Source of the DNA: a virus
Taxonomy: Duplodnaviria > Caudoviricetes
Reading direction: 5' to 3' (one strand)
Virus record (IMG/VR): IMGVR_UViG_3300043391_000241
Span: 1-62,920 of that record
DNA length: 62,920 nucleotides
Positions 48,968 to 58,127 of this stretch are shown piece after piece (position 1 is the stretch's first letter; the number at the start of each line of letters is the position of its first letter). The notes under the pieces were generated by a model. It had not been told where the DNA came from. It saw nothing but the letters and a program-made list of their open reading frames with translations, and did not search any database. The position numbers and the translations under genes were made by a program.

Positions 48968-50244
48968 TTTGAAATAGTTTTTAGCATTGAGTTTGACAAT
49001 CTGCTTTTATAGTACTGAATCGATGCGATACATCCATTAGTGTAGTTGATGCCTTGAGTTCTTTCGTCTGATCCAATATTCATTTGGCTAAGTCCAACTG
49101 GCACGGCTCCAGTGTTATCCGTAACTACTGTTCCCCCATTACGGCTTGCAGCAAAGTCATTAACTGAATAGGCTGTTGCAAACTTTTCAATCGTTCCAAC
49201 AGCACTTTGTGCGCCTAATCCTAAATTTGCAACAACTGATGATCCAGAATAGTACACAGCTCTGGACGATGGTGTAGCTGGATCGTTATCAAAGTGAATT
49301 GAGTTCGCAGCTATGTTGCCGTTTGATAGAGCTACGTAGGAGGCGTTGCTACTTGCCGAACTTGTAAATTGAGAAACTAACGTACCAGCAGAGGCGTTGT
49401 AGAATCCAGAAAAATCTGCACCACTAATTGTGCATACGTCTGCGGCCCTTGTTACTTGAGTCGCTCCAGTTGGAATATACGAAGTCGAACCTGTTGAATT
49501 TCCAGCACCTGAAATAACTTCTTCAACTTGAATGTTTTTTACTGCGCCAAGAGTAACTTGAAATGTCGTTGAAAATGTACCATCGAGTTGAAAATAATAA
49601 AATGACCTACGCATTGGTTGGAAGTCATAATTATCTTCATTGTAAGAATCAAATAAAGAATTTGGATTATAAGAAGCTGCATCAGCACTTAAAATATACG
49701 TTTTTGTATCTTCAGATGTATTGGTAATTGTAAATGTATATCCAGAACTTCTTAAAGTACTTGAGTTTAAAACAAGATTTGTTGCAGGAGCTTCAACTAA
49801 AAGACCTAATGATCTAAGAGTAAGCGCAAAGCTAGAAGCTGGCTCATTATTGATATACCAACTTGTCTGAGATCTGCGATATTCTAATCTATCTCCATTA
49901 TTATTTAGGAAAGATGGAAAAACTACACCAGACTCTGCAAAGTCCGTGAATTGATCGAAGTAGAATATACCGCCGTATGATGCTGAAGTTGCAGTAGCAG
50001 TCGCTCCAGCGTATGACTCATCGTGATGGAATCGTGGAGCGTTGATTTCTGCTGTCTGAAGCACGTTGCTTGAATCACGATACGTTGCTGTGGACGCTCG
50101 CGTAAGAACTGGCGTTGGACCTTTAATTGCTGTTAAGCTCTTAGTAGCCGCAAACTGTAAATCAAGCGAAGGCGCAGTAGGAGCAATAAGCTTCTTGCCC
50201 CTACCGTTGTCTTTAACAAAACTATTGCCTAAGCCTAATTTCAT
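48964..50244 (-). CDS. Fibre/spike protein with C-terminal ConA/LamG-like domain
   Basis: TRASTAT...PRF, GLLVE-xx-TNL, TSYIPT...TRAAD and terminal Y-xx-RLSN motifs. Confidence 0.75.
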   Translation of the reverse strand: MKLGLGNSFVKDNGRGKKLIAPTAPSLDLQFAATKSLTAIKGPTPVLTRASTATYRDSSNVLQTAEINAPRFHHDESYAGATATATSASYGGIFYFDQFTDFAESGVVFPSFLNNNGDRLEYRRSQTSWYINNEPASSFALTLRSLGLLVEAPATNLVLNSSTLRSSGYTFTITNTSEDTKTYILSADAASYNPNSLFDSYNEDNYDFQPMRRSFYYFQLDGTFSTTFQVTLGAVKNIQVEEVISGAGNSTGSTSYIPTGATQVTRAADVCTISGADFSGFYNASAGTLVSQFTSSASSNASYVALSNGNIAANSIHFDNDPATPSSRAVYYSGSSVVANLGLGAQSAVGTIEKFATAYSVNDFAASRNGGTVVTDNTGAVPVGLSQMNIGSDERTQGINYTNGCIASIQYYKSRLSNSMLKTISK

Positions 50245-50250
50245 CTAGCT

Positions 50251-50511
50251 TTAGAGTGCTTTGTAGAAGATTGCAGTTCCAGAAATAGTTCCAGTACCAC
50301 CATTGATTTGTGTATATAGGATAAAGCCAGCAGGATACGTTACTGTCTGCGTACCAGTCATTAGAGGAGTGCTTAGTGCTACACTTACAGTAACGTCAGT
50401 AACGCACTGCATAGCACAAAATTCGTACTGAGGACTAGCCGTTGGTACTGCATTAGTCGAAATAATGCATCCTCCTTCGCCGAAGGATTGTTTGTCGATA
50501 TTGTTTGTCAT
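50251..50511 (-). CDS. Small structural protein
   Basis: ORF in the tail operon. Confidence 0.6.
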   Translation of the reverse strand: MTNNIDKQSFGEGGCIISTNAVPTASPQYEFCAMQCVTDVTVSVALSTPLMTGTQTVTYPAGFILYTQINGGTGTISGTAIFYKAL

Positions 50512-50520
50512 AGGAGTAGT

Positions 50521-50838
50521 TTACAGGGTAATTGGTTCGGAAGCAAGTTCTGGTTCAGGTGCGACGAATAGTACGCTGCCGTCAGGCTGCGGCTGGAAAA
50601 CGGTTAAGTCGAAGGACGGCGCGTTGTGGTTCGGCTTGGCTACGCTGAGTGCCTGCAAGAACGCAGAGTAAGCGGTCAGCGCAGTGGTAGCGTTCTTGCC
50701 AAACACTTCGAGCACTGCGGGATCAGCAGCAAGTTCGTGTAGTTGCTTGAGGCGAGCTTCGACAAACGAGACGGTGTCAGCAGTGACCTGCTCGATCTCA
50801 GCGGCAGCACGGAAGGCGGGAGTGATTGAGGTGTACAT
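50521..50838 (-). CDS. Hypothetical protein (possible fibre chaperone)
   Basis: Follows the fibre gene. Confidence 0.55.
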   Translation of the reverse strand: MYTSITPAFRAAAEIEQVTADTVSFVEARLKQLHELAADPAVLEVFGKNATTALTAYSAFLQALSVAKPNHNAPSFDLTVFQPQPDGSVLFVAPEPELASEPITL

Positions 50839-50843
50839 GAGTG

Positions 50844-52532
50844 TTAAGAGAGTTTAATCATGAAATCTTGAATCGAAATTCTTGTGTTTGCTGCGTTTGA
50901 CGCACCGTTTACTGTTGCTGCATCGACCCAAGCATTTGCCAAAATACCAGCAGTTGTTGGGCCGCCTGTTGTGGTGGATGCAGAATTTACGGTTCTTCCT
51001 GTTTTATATTGAACCGTAATTGTTCCAGTTCCGTTGCTTGAAATAACAAAAGTAGAAAACTGAGCCGCCATCGAGTCTCTTGTTAAAGAAGTAACCGTTG
51101 GTGTTGCCTTTACGAAAGTTGTTCCATTATGGGCAAATGCAGCTATAGTTACAAAATTCGAAGCGTTTATAGCAAGTTCAAGGCCATACCCTACTACAGA
51201 CAGTGCATCGTTGTCAGCAGTTGCAGGTACTCCATTATTACCACCAACGATAAGCCTAAACTTAGTAGTGCTGTTTTCAAAATACCCAGTTAGTTTCACA
51301 GCAACTGAAACTGGTTGCGAAAAAGTAATCCCGTTGCCAGTAAGGCTTGGGACTTGATTCAATCCGCGATTAAATGATGCTCTGGCATAACCATTAGCAG
51401 CAGTTCCGCACCCTAAAATAGCAATGAAATGAGGAAAGGAAGATCCAGAAGTACCTCCAGTTGGTGTAGCACTGAATGTAGGGTTGGTAACTCTGAGTGT
51501 CGTTCCGAAATTATCAAACGCTGCTGCGTCAACATCATCTCGCGTCATCAAACTCGTTGCGTCTGGCGATCCGCTTGCGCTTGATGTAGGACGAGCAGCG
51601 TTGGTGAAGCTAGACGCGCCACCGACATTAATCGCTCCTTGAATACCTACACCACCAGTAACCTTTAGTGCTCCAGTGGTTGTAGAGGTTGATGCAGTAG
51701 CATTGGTGATTTCCATCGCACCGCTGAACGTCTGTGTGCCGCTCCAGTTTTGGGTTGCGTTAGTCACGGCTACTGTTCCGCCAATGGACGGCCAATTAAA
51801 CGTCCGCCCCCCAACTAAAACCCGACCGTCATCCTTGATCGTAAGATAAGCAACACCAGTTGGATCACTCCAACCAGCAGTGAATGCTGTTGCCCCACTG
51901 TTGGCAGCGGGGGAACTAAAATGAAAACCAGAACGTGCGGCTAGAAAATCAAAAGCTGGAGATGACCCATAAAAAGCAGAACCCCCATCTTCTCCGCAGG
52001 TTGAAGAGATCCCACTGCCGTTACTGGATGAACTAATAGTGTAACAATTTCCGTCTCCGCTCACACCACCATTCGATAAGGTTAAGGTAGGTATTGTTGC
52101 ACTATTAGATGAGAATGCTACTTGTCCGTTTGCACCGCGTAGAGCTAACTTATTCGCGGTTGCAGCAGATGTCGCATCCGTAATGTCGGCACTGGCAAGC
52201 GTAACTGCTCCAGTGCGTCCTGCCACTGAAGAGACTCCTCCTGTTGCTCCTGTATCACCTCTTGGAATTGTAAAATTAAACTGAGCCGCAGAGCTAGTGC
52301 CAACATTGGTAACTATAACTGAAGAGCCAGCCGCACCTGTTGTAACTGTGCCAACTGAAATTGTAGCGGCTGCGCCGTTCGTACCGTTCGTACCATTAGT
52401 ACCATTAGTGCCATTTGTTCCGTTTCCACCTGAAGGCCCACTAGCACCGTTCAACGAAAGCGTAAGAGTAGTGCCGTCAACAACTGTCAACGGGTACTCT
52501 ATGGTGTCGAGCGATAAGGATACGTCTGCCAT
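50844..52532 (-). CDS. Tail fibre protein
   Basis: GTN collagen-like repeats, FNFTIPRG, VSSVAGRTGAV and STTTGALKVTGGVG; start MADVSL overlaps the upstream TAA. Confidence 0.8.
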   Translation of the reverse strand: MADVSLSLDTIEYPLTVVDGTTLTLSLNGASGPSGGNGTNGTNGTNGTNGTNGAAATISVGTVTTGAAGSSVIVTNVGTSSAAQFNFTIPRGDTGATGGVSSVAGRTGAVTLASADITDATSAATANKLALRGANGQVAFSSNSATIPTLTLSNGGVSGDGNCYTISSSSNGSGISSTCGEDGGSAFYGSSPAFDFLAARSGFHFSSPAANSGATAFTAGWSDPTGVAYLTIKDDGRVLVGGRTFNWPSIGGTVAVTNATQNWSGTQTFSGAMEITNATASTSTTTGALKVTGGVGIQGAINVGGASSFTNAARPTSSASGSPDATSLMTRDDVDAAAFDNFGTTLRVTNPTFSATPTGGTSGSSFPHFIAILGCGTAANGYARASFNRGLNQVPSLTGNGITFSQPVSVAVKLTGYFENSTTKFRLIVGGNNGVPATADNDALSVVGYGLELAINASNFVTIAAFAHNGTTFVKATPTVTSLTRDSMAAQFSTFVISSNGTGTITVQYKTGRTVNSASTTTGGPTTAGILANAWVDAATVNGASNAANTRISIQDFMIKLS

Positions 52533-52885
52533 TAGGTTAAGTGCGTGATATTTGCGGCTACGTTTACATCGCCATAGAGCAATTTGTGCGTAACGTCGGC
52601 GGCATCGAACCAGAAGAAGTCCCACTTATACCGTTTGTTTACGTCCAAAGTAAGTGTCTGTGCTTTGGTTAAAGCAAACTTCAGCGTACCGTTAGGCGTT
52701 GCTGGCACAGCAATAGTAATAGTAAACGTCGCGGCTAGAGGCTTGCGGTCAGCTTCACGGATCTCTGCTTTGCCGAAAGGCGTAGTACCTAATGCAGCAG
52801 CTGCGCCTAAAGAGTCCAGAATCCGCAGCGTGAAGTTATAGTCTTCACCTTTTGGGATTGTTAAGTCGTATTTGGCGGCGGACAT
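52532..52885 (-). CDS. Fibre attachment / BppU-N-like structural protein
   Basis: MSAAKYDLTI-xxG...Y-x-WD...LLYG pattern. Confidence 0.6.
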   Translation of the reverse strand: MSAAKYDLTIPKGEDYNFTLRILDSLGAAAALGTTPFGKAEIREADRKPLAATFTITIAVPATPNGTLKFALTKAQTLTLDVNKRYKWDFFWFDAADVTHKLLYGDVNVAANITHLT

Positions 52886-52961
52886 TACGGAAAATAAAGT
52901 ACGATAAGCTAGACGAAATGTCAAGCTTATGCGTTTAGTATAGTACAGGAAAGGCGAGCGA

Positions 52962-53255
52962 TTAGCTCTTACCTTTACCCATTGCCTTCTCGATGGCGAC
53001 CATGAAGCCGCCTTCGCCGCCCATGTCTTCGCCTTCGCCTTCCATCTCGCCTTCGCCTTCGCCCCCCATCTCGTCTTCCATTCCGCCTTCTTCCATAGCT
53101 CCCTCTTCTTGCGGAGCGGGAAGGTCGATGCCGTCGATGGCAACGGGCATAAGCATACCGTCCATGACAGTAAACTCAACGGGTACGGTGAACATTTCTC
53201 CTTCGTTCTTTACGGGAACTTTGAAGCCTTCTGGGATTGCGATCATTCCTTCCAT
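52962..53255 (-). CDS. Small acidic E/G/M-rich protein
   Basis: ORF in operon. Confidence 0.6.
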   Translation of the reverse strand: MEGMIAIPEGFKVPVKNEGEMFTVPVEFTVMDGMLMPVAIDGIDLPAPQEEGAMEEGGMEDEMGGEGEGEMEGEGEDMGGEGGFMVAIEKAMGKGKS

Positions 53256-53260
53256 AATAA

Positions 53261-54157
53261 TTATTTGCGTTTAGCATTTTCCATTTGGCGATACCATTGC
53301 AGAGCAACTTGAGTATCCGATTTGCCAGCGAGTTCTGGTTTACTTTTGAGAAGATTTTCAAGTTCGGCTTTACGAGAGATGTCCAAACGAGATTTTGGAT
53401 CGAACTCTGTGCCTGTTGCTTTCATGAACAGCGCGTCGATATCGCGAGAAGGCGCAGCAGGCGCAGCAGGCGCAGCAGGCGCAGCAGGCGCAGCAGGCGC
53501 AGGAGCTTGTGGCGGCGGAGTTTGACTCTTCTGCATCGCCATTTTTCCAGTAGTCTCAAGTGACTGAGTAGGCTGTTCTTCAGGATTCTTAGCAGACTTA
53601 GGTGGTCCGACTTCTGGAATTGGGCCGCTTTCTTTAGGGGCTTTTACAAGACCTTTCCTAATAACGTCGTTGATATCGCCTTCTTCAACTACGTAGTCGC
53701 CTTGACCAGCTTGAGTAGTCATCCCTAAAAGGGCAAGTGGCACAGCAGCGGCAGTGGGTAACAACGCGCCAGATTCAAGTGCGCCGACATTAGGCTTAGG
53801 CGTAACATTCCGCATTTCGCGACCTTCAAGAATATTGACCCCTTTTTGAATGAGCGAGCGGATAGTAGCTGGTGGGTTAGATTTAACAACAGCGGGCAGA
53901 TTTGGTTTGGCGACAGTAGCTGGAAGCATTGGTCCGCCACTGGCAGATCCTGTAGTAGTTAAAGCGGTCGTACCGCTTGCACCACTTCCAGCTCTACGAG
54001 CGAGGTCGGCTGCTTTAACGTCAGCCATTTGCTTCGCTCTATAAGCTGCGAAAGGACCGTTAGGATCAATAGCCGCTTCACTGGTTCCGTCATCCTCTTT
54101 CTTTCCAGATAGAGCATCACCTAATAGTTTAGAGAGAAATTCGTCAAATGAAACCAT
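53261..54157 (-). CDS. Hypothetical low-complexity virion protein
   Basis: PAA repeats. Confidence 0.65.
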   Translation of the reverse strand: MVSFDEFLSKLLGDALSGKKEDDGTSEAAIDPNGPFAAYRAKQMADVKAADLARRAGSGASGTTALTTTGSASGGPMLPATVAKPNLPAVVKSNPPATIRSLIQKGVNILEGREMRNVTPKPNVGALESGALLPTAAAVPLALLGMTTQAGQGDYVVEEGDINDVIRKGLVKAPKESGPIPEVGPPKSAKNPEEQPTQSLETTGKMAMQKSQTPPPQAPAPAAPAAPAAPAAPAAPSRDIDALFMKATGTEFDPKSRLDISRKAELENLLKSKPELAGKSDTQVALQWYRQMENAKRK

Positions 54158-54189
54158 GTTAGCGTTTAGTTAGAAGTAAAAGAAAGTGG

Positions 54190-54243
54190 CCTGCATCCTA
54201 TTTCAAGCTTGCCAGAGGCAAGATTCGGGAAACAGGATGCAGG
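54190..54243 (-). terminator. Long hairpin / probable terminator
   Basis: CCTGCATCCT...AGGATGCAGG enclosing CTTGCC-AGA-GGCAAG. Confidence 0.6.
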
Positions 54244-54251
54244 ATAGGGGA

Positions 54252-54755
54252 TTATTGAGCGTCGTTAGAGATGTGATACCACTTGCTAACTCCGTCAGAG
54301 AGTAGCTGTATAGATGTACCAATTGCTTGACTTGCAATAGTTGCGGCTCCTGCAACACCATTCTGACCAGTTACAATTTTATCACTTCCAGCAGCAATAA
54401 TACTATTTACTGCGCCAGTAGTTGCTGAAACATTAAGAATAGAAACATTCCGAATAGTCCCGCTTGCTGCTGGTAAGTTAATTTTATTGGTTCCAGAAGT
54501 TGTGCCAGAAAACACAGTAACACGGGTAGTGACGTCAAAACCAGTAACGGTATAGTTACCAGTTGCAGCGGCATTAACGTCTGAAGTAGAGAAACCAAAA
54601 TAGTTAAGTAAACGAGAGAAAGCAGAAACAAAACTCGTAATAGAAGCTGTCTTAGGCTTGCGGAGAGAAGCACTAAAAACTTGTACGAGATCGGCTCCAG
54701 CAAGATCTGCTGCGGCGATTGGGGCAATAGTAGGGGCGTCGTCTAAGGTAGGCAT
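54252..54755 (-). CDS. Putative capsid decoration / head fibre protein
   Basis: Follows the capsid gene; NLPAA...LLSDGVSKW beta motif. Confidence 0.6.
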   Translation of the reverse strand: MPTLDDAPTIAPIAAADLAGADLVQVFSASLRKPKTASITSFVSAFSRLLNYFGFSTSDVNAAATGNYTVTGFDVTTRVTVFSGTTSGTNKINLPAASGTIRNVSILNVSATTGAVNSIIAAGSDKIVTGQNGVAGAATIASQAIGTSIQLLSDGVSKWYHISNDAQ

Positions 54756-54779
54756 CGTTTTAGTAAGTTAAAAGATGAA

Positions 54780-54813
54780 GCTAAGGGGTTCCGTTTTACT
54801 GGAACCCCTTAGC
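54780..54813 (-). terminator. Hairpin after the major capsid gene
   Basis: GCTAAGGGGTTCC...GGAACCCCTTAGC. Confidence 0.75.
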
Positions 54814-54822
54814 GTTTAGGGT

Positions 54823-56157
54823 TTAGTTAGCAGCAGGAGTGGTGCTGGTGCGCTGGAAGAGAATCGCATAACCGAAATCGGTTTTGATTGGCTTCGATGC
54901 ACTGGCAAGAACTCCACGGAAGAATCCGATACCGCCGTCAGGGTTGGTGATTTCATTGAGGATGTTGGTCCACTTGAAGTCGCCGCGATAGTTGAGCGGA
55001 TTGAAGGTAAGTCCGTTCGACCCGCTGAACGAAGTTGGAACTTGAGCTTCCATCACTTCAGGATGGATGATGAAGGCCAATTCGTATGGTGCGGATTCGT
55101 AAGATGCATTATCGGTTACGGCAGAGATTGACGAAATCGAGTAAGGCTGCTGGCGAACGTATGCATCATTTGTAATCGTGAAACGTGGAGCAAGATCATC
55201 AACGAGATGATAGTATCCACGGAAGGACTTCTCAACACCCAACGGAGCGATCAGATCGCTAACTTTGGAGTTGTTGTAACGAACGTCATCGCGGAAACCA
55301 GCTTCAGTTTGCAGCGCGTAGGAAGCTTCCGACGAGCAGACAAGTGCGAAGACAGGGCGACCGTTTTCTTTTCCGTAGGAATTTGAACCCGCACCTTTAC
55401 GAACAAGTTGGAAGTAAGCCTTATCGAGAACAGCGTTGGAGATGTTAGCAGCTGCAAGCAATTGTCCGCTATTTGCCGTAGTCGAAGCTGCCGTTACAGT
55501 TGCATCTTCGCGGCCAGTCACGAAAGAAGTGCTAGTTGCCTTACAGACGATCAAGTTATCGCTAAGAAGCTCAAACTCGTCACGATTACGGTTTTCCCAA
55601 GTGAAGCGGGTAGCCGTAGTCATGTTGTCCATGATAGCGCGGAGCTGCTCTTGACGATAAGCTGCGAAGCGGAGGTCTTCCAGTGCGATACGCGGCGATT
55701 CAATAATGGCACGCTTAAGCGAATAGTTCTTAAGGCGTTTAGCGAAGTTGATGTATGCCCGTTGATCGGTGGTGTTACCACCACTGCCAGTAGCAGTTCC
55801 GTTACCAGCACCACCGCGACCGCCTTGAATATCGTAGGCGGTATCCTTAAGAGGTTGCTCAACAGACGACGCGTTAAAGGTGTTATCATCAGCACTGAGC
55901 GTTGCCAAATTAGACCAGTTTACGCCAATAACTGTGCCACCAATAGATTGAACTGGGAGTGCGCGGTCATAGATAAGCGTCGTAAGACGATAGCCCATTC
56001 CGTCTGGAAAGGCAGATTGTTTAAGCAAGTCCATCCACGGGCTGGTGTGCAGCGTGCGGGTGTAGATGTCTTGTCCGATGCGGTTTGCCTCTTCGGCAAG
56101 AATAGTGTTGATAGCGGTAGTACCATCAGATCCAAGATTAAATGAAGTGTTAGCCAT
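54823..56157 (-). CDS. Major capsid protein (putative)
   Basis: Size, position after the scaffold, own promoter, long leader and terminator. Confidence 0.75.
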   Translation of the reverse strand: MANTSFNLGSDGTTAINTILAEEANRIGQDIYTRTLHTSPWMDLLKQSAFPDGMGYRLTTLIYDRALPVQSIGGTVIGVNWSNLATLSADDNTFNASSVEQPLKDTAYDIQGGRGGAGNGTATGSGGNTTDQRAYINFAKRLKNYSLKRAIIESPRIALEDLRFAAYRQEQLRAIMDNMTTATRFTWENRNRDEFELLSDNLIVCKATSTSFVTGREDATVTAASTTANSGQLLAAANISNAVLDKAYFQLVRKGAGSNSYGKENGRPVFALVCSSEASYALQTEAGFRDDVRYNNSKVSDLIAPLGVEKSFRGYYHLVDDLAPRFTITNDAYVRQQPYSISSISAVTDNASYESAPYELAFIIHPEVMEAQVPTSFSGSNGLTFNPLNYRGDFKWTNILNEITNPDGGIGFFRGVLASASKPIKTDFGYAILFQRTSTTPAAN

Positions 56158-56355
56158 AAAATTAGGTTAGTAAGAAGTTAAAAAGAAGGTTAGTTGTGAA
56201 GACAAAGGTTGAATGAGAATACGCTGTATATGTAGAACTGATTGAAGGCCAGAGCAACCGAACAGAGTATGAATGCGAGAACAGAGCCTCTTGACTTCGT
56301 TTCCTTTTAGAACTAATTGATGGCTAGAGCAGCCGATGAAACTTACGTCAAGAAG

Positions 56356-56384
56356 AAAGTACGAAAAAAGGGTGTTGTTGTCAA
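56356..56384 (-). promoter_or_regulatory. Capsid promoter TTGACA-17-TACTTT, overlapping a bidirectional hairpin (56365-56394)
   Basis: Read directly from the minus strand. Confidence 0.7.
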
Positions 56385-56416
56385 CACCCTTTTTGATATG
56401 TCTATGCAGTGATTAG

Positions 56417-57568
56417 TTAACTGCCAAATGCTTTGTTAATTGCGTCAATGAAGTTGCCTTCAACTGCACCAGAATTGCCTGAGCTATATAATCCAGTTGC
56501 AGTCCTTGTCGGACTAGAACCAGAAATCTTAGGCTCGGCATTCTCGTATTCTGCCAGTCGATCTGTCAGAGATTCGATCTCTTTTTTCTGACTGTTATAC
56601 TCACGAACAATTGCTGGCAAGATTTGTGCCGATACTGCGTTGTAGGCAAAGTCTACAGGATGAATTACTGTCGGATCAGTCTGCGCTGCCTTTTGTTGAA
56701 TGGAACTAATGTCCAATCCGCTAATATTTTTCACAAAAGGGAGCTTTTCAGTGATCCGTTCCACCACATTTCGGGTAATATTCTCCCGAAGTTTGACTTT
56801 TTCGTACAGTTCTTGCTTGTTTTTAGTCTCTTCAAGCAGTGCAGCCTCCTTAGAAGCAGCTTCAACATTGTCAAAAAGCTCCTGTCTGCGCTGCAAAATA
56901 GGGTTAACTTCCTCAATAATGCGGTACAATTTAGCTTTATCGCGATCAGAAGCATTCGGAAGTAGCTCAGAAAGCATCTCATCCTGCTGAGTTGGATCAG
57001 TTAGAGCTAGAATATCGATCAAAGAACTGGAATCTAGCTCGTATTTATCAGCAATCTGGTCAACTTGTTCCACTAAAGCAGCCAAAGGCTTAGTAACCGC
57101 GTTCTGAAAAGCCGTCGTTTGTTCAAGATTACTGAACATTCGCTCTTGTTCGTATTCAGCAACCTTTGCCTGAAGCTCTTCAACGTCACGATTCTCTGCA
57201 ATAGCAGCAAGTTCCTGAATTTTTTGCTCTTGTTCCGTAGTAAGTTGCTTGAACTGGTCGCGTTCTGAACGGAATTGCTTAAGTTCTTCCTTGAGTTGCT
57301 TGAAGCGATTGGCTGCTTTAGGCGTCCAGTCGCCCTCTTCAGTAAGCTGCTCAAGCAAATCTTCCTCTTCATAGCTTACAGGAGCCTCAGTTTGAGTAAC
57401 TGGTTCTAGTTTTTGCTCAACTTGCTGCACTTCTTGTGGTTCCTGTGAAGAGGATTCCAGCGAAGCGAAGGCTGCGTCAAGAGCCGCGCCAAAGGAGTCA
57501 GGTTGGTTTTCTGTTGGAAGCTGGCTGATTGGATCAGCCGCGTTTACGGATTCGATAGGTGTGTCCAT
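56417..57568 (-). CDS. Capsid scaffolding protein (putative)
   Basis: Acidic coiled coil between portal and capsid genes. Confidence 0.7.
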   Translation of the reverse strand: MDTPIESVNAADPISQLPTENQPDSFGAALDAAFASLESSSQEPQEVQQVEQKLEPVTQTEAPVSYEEEDLLEQLTEEGDWTPKAANRFKQLKEELKQFRSERDQFKQLTTEQEQKIQELAAIAENRDVEELQAKVAEYEQERMFSNLEQTTAFQNAVTKPLAALVEQVDQIADKYELDSSSLIDILALTDPTQQDEMLSELLPNASDRDKAKLYRIIEEVNPILQRRQELFDNVEAASKEAALLEETKNKQELYEKVKLRENITRNVVERITEKLPFVKNISGLDISSIQQKAAQTDPTVIHPVDFAYNAVSAQILPAIVREYNSQKKEIESLTDRLAEYENAEPKISGSSPTRTATGLYSSGNSGAVEGNFIDAINKAFGS

Positions 57569-57843
57569 TCGTCAATTAGTGGTTGTTTATCAATTGGTAA
57601 TTTTGTCAGTTTCGTCAGATCCGCAAAAGCATCCCGATATCCAGCATACCATGCGTGTCTTAGATTGTTACTGTCTCCATTCTGTGAAAGAGAAGAGAAG
57701 GATGGACCAGCTGCTTCTTTCAGGATACAGGTTGCGGTTTGGAAGGCTTCGCTATCGAGGATAGTGCGAAGTTCTTCAATCGATTTAATGTCATTGAACC
57801 ACCGATCCAGCGGGATCGGAATCGGAATTTTCTTTGCTGCCAT
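57544..57843 (-). CDS. Hypothetical head-module protein
   Basis: ORF in operon. Confidence 0.65.
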   Translation of the reverse strand: MAAKKIPIPIPLDRWFNDIKSIEELRTILDSEAFQTATCILKEAAGPSFSSLSQNGDSNNLRHAWYAGYRDAFADLTKLTKLPIDKQPLIDEWTHLSNP

Positions 57844-57851
57844 AAATTATT

Positions 57852-58115
57852 TTACCACTTCACTTTATTGGCCCAATAGGCCGCGCTCATTACGCCCTTA
57901 GCGATGTTTTTAGCGTGGCGGGACTTAAATGCTTCGCGCCTTTTGCGATATGAATCGCTTTCACCTTCCTTTTTGGGCGAGCCTTTCACTCCTTTTTGTC
58001 CGAAGTGGATGAGTTTTTCTTTTCCGCCGCTACAGGCTTTGACGACATGAGACTTCGTCGGATGATCAGGAGTTGTGCGGGGCTTATTGCAAGCCATTTT
58101 ACTTTTGTCAAGCAT
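57852..58115 (-). CDS. Small basic phage protein
   Basis: KSHVVKA...LIHFGQ...FKSRH...SAAYWA. Confidence 0.7.
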   Translation of the reverse strand: MLDKSKMACNKPRTTPDHPTKSHVVKACSGGKEKLIHFGQKGVKGSPKKEGESDSYRKRREAFKSRHAKNIAKGVMSAAYWANKVKW

Positions 58116-58127
58116 ATGCTATTGGCT

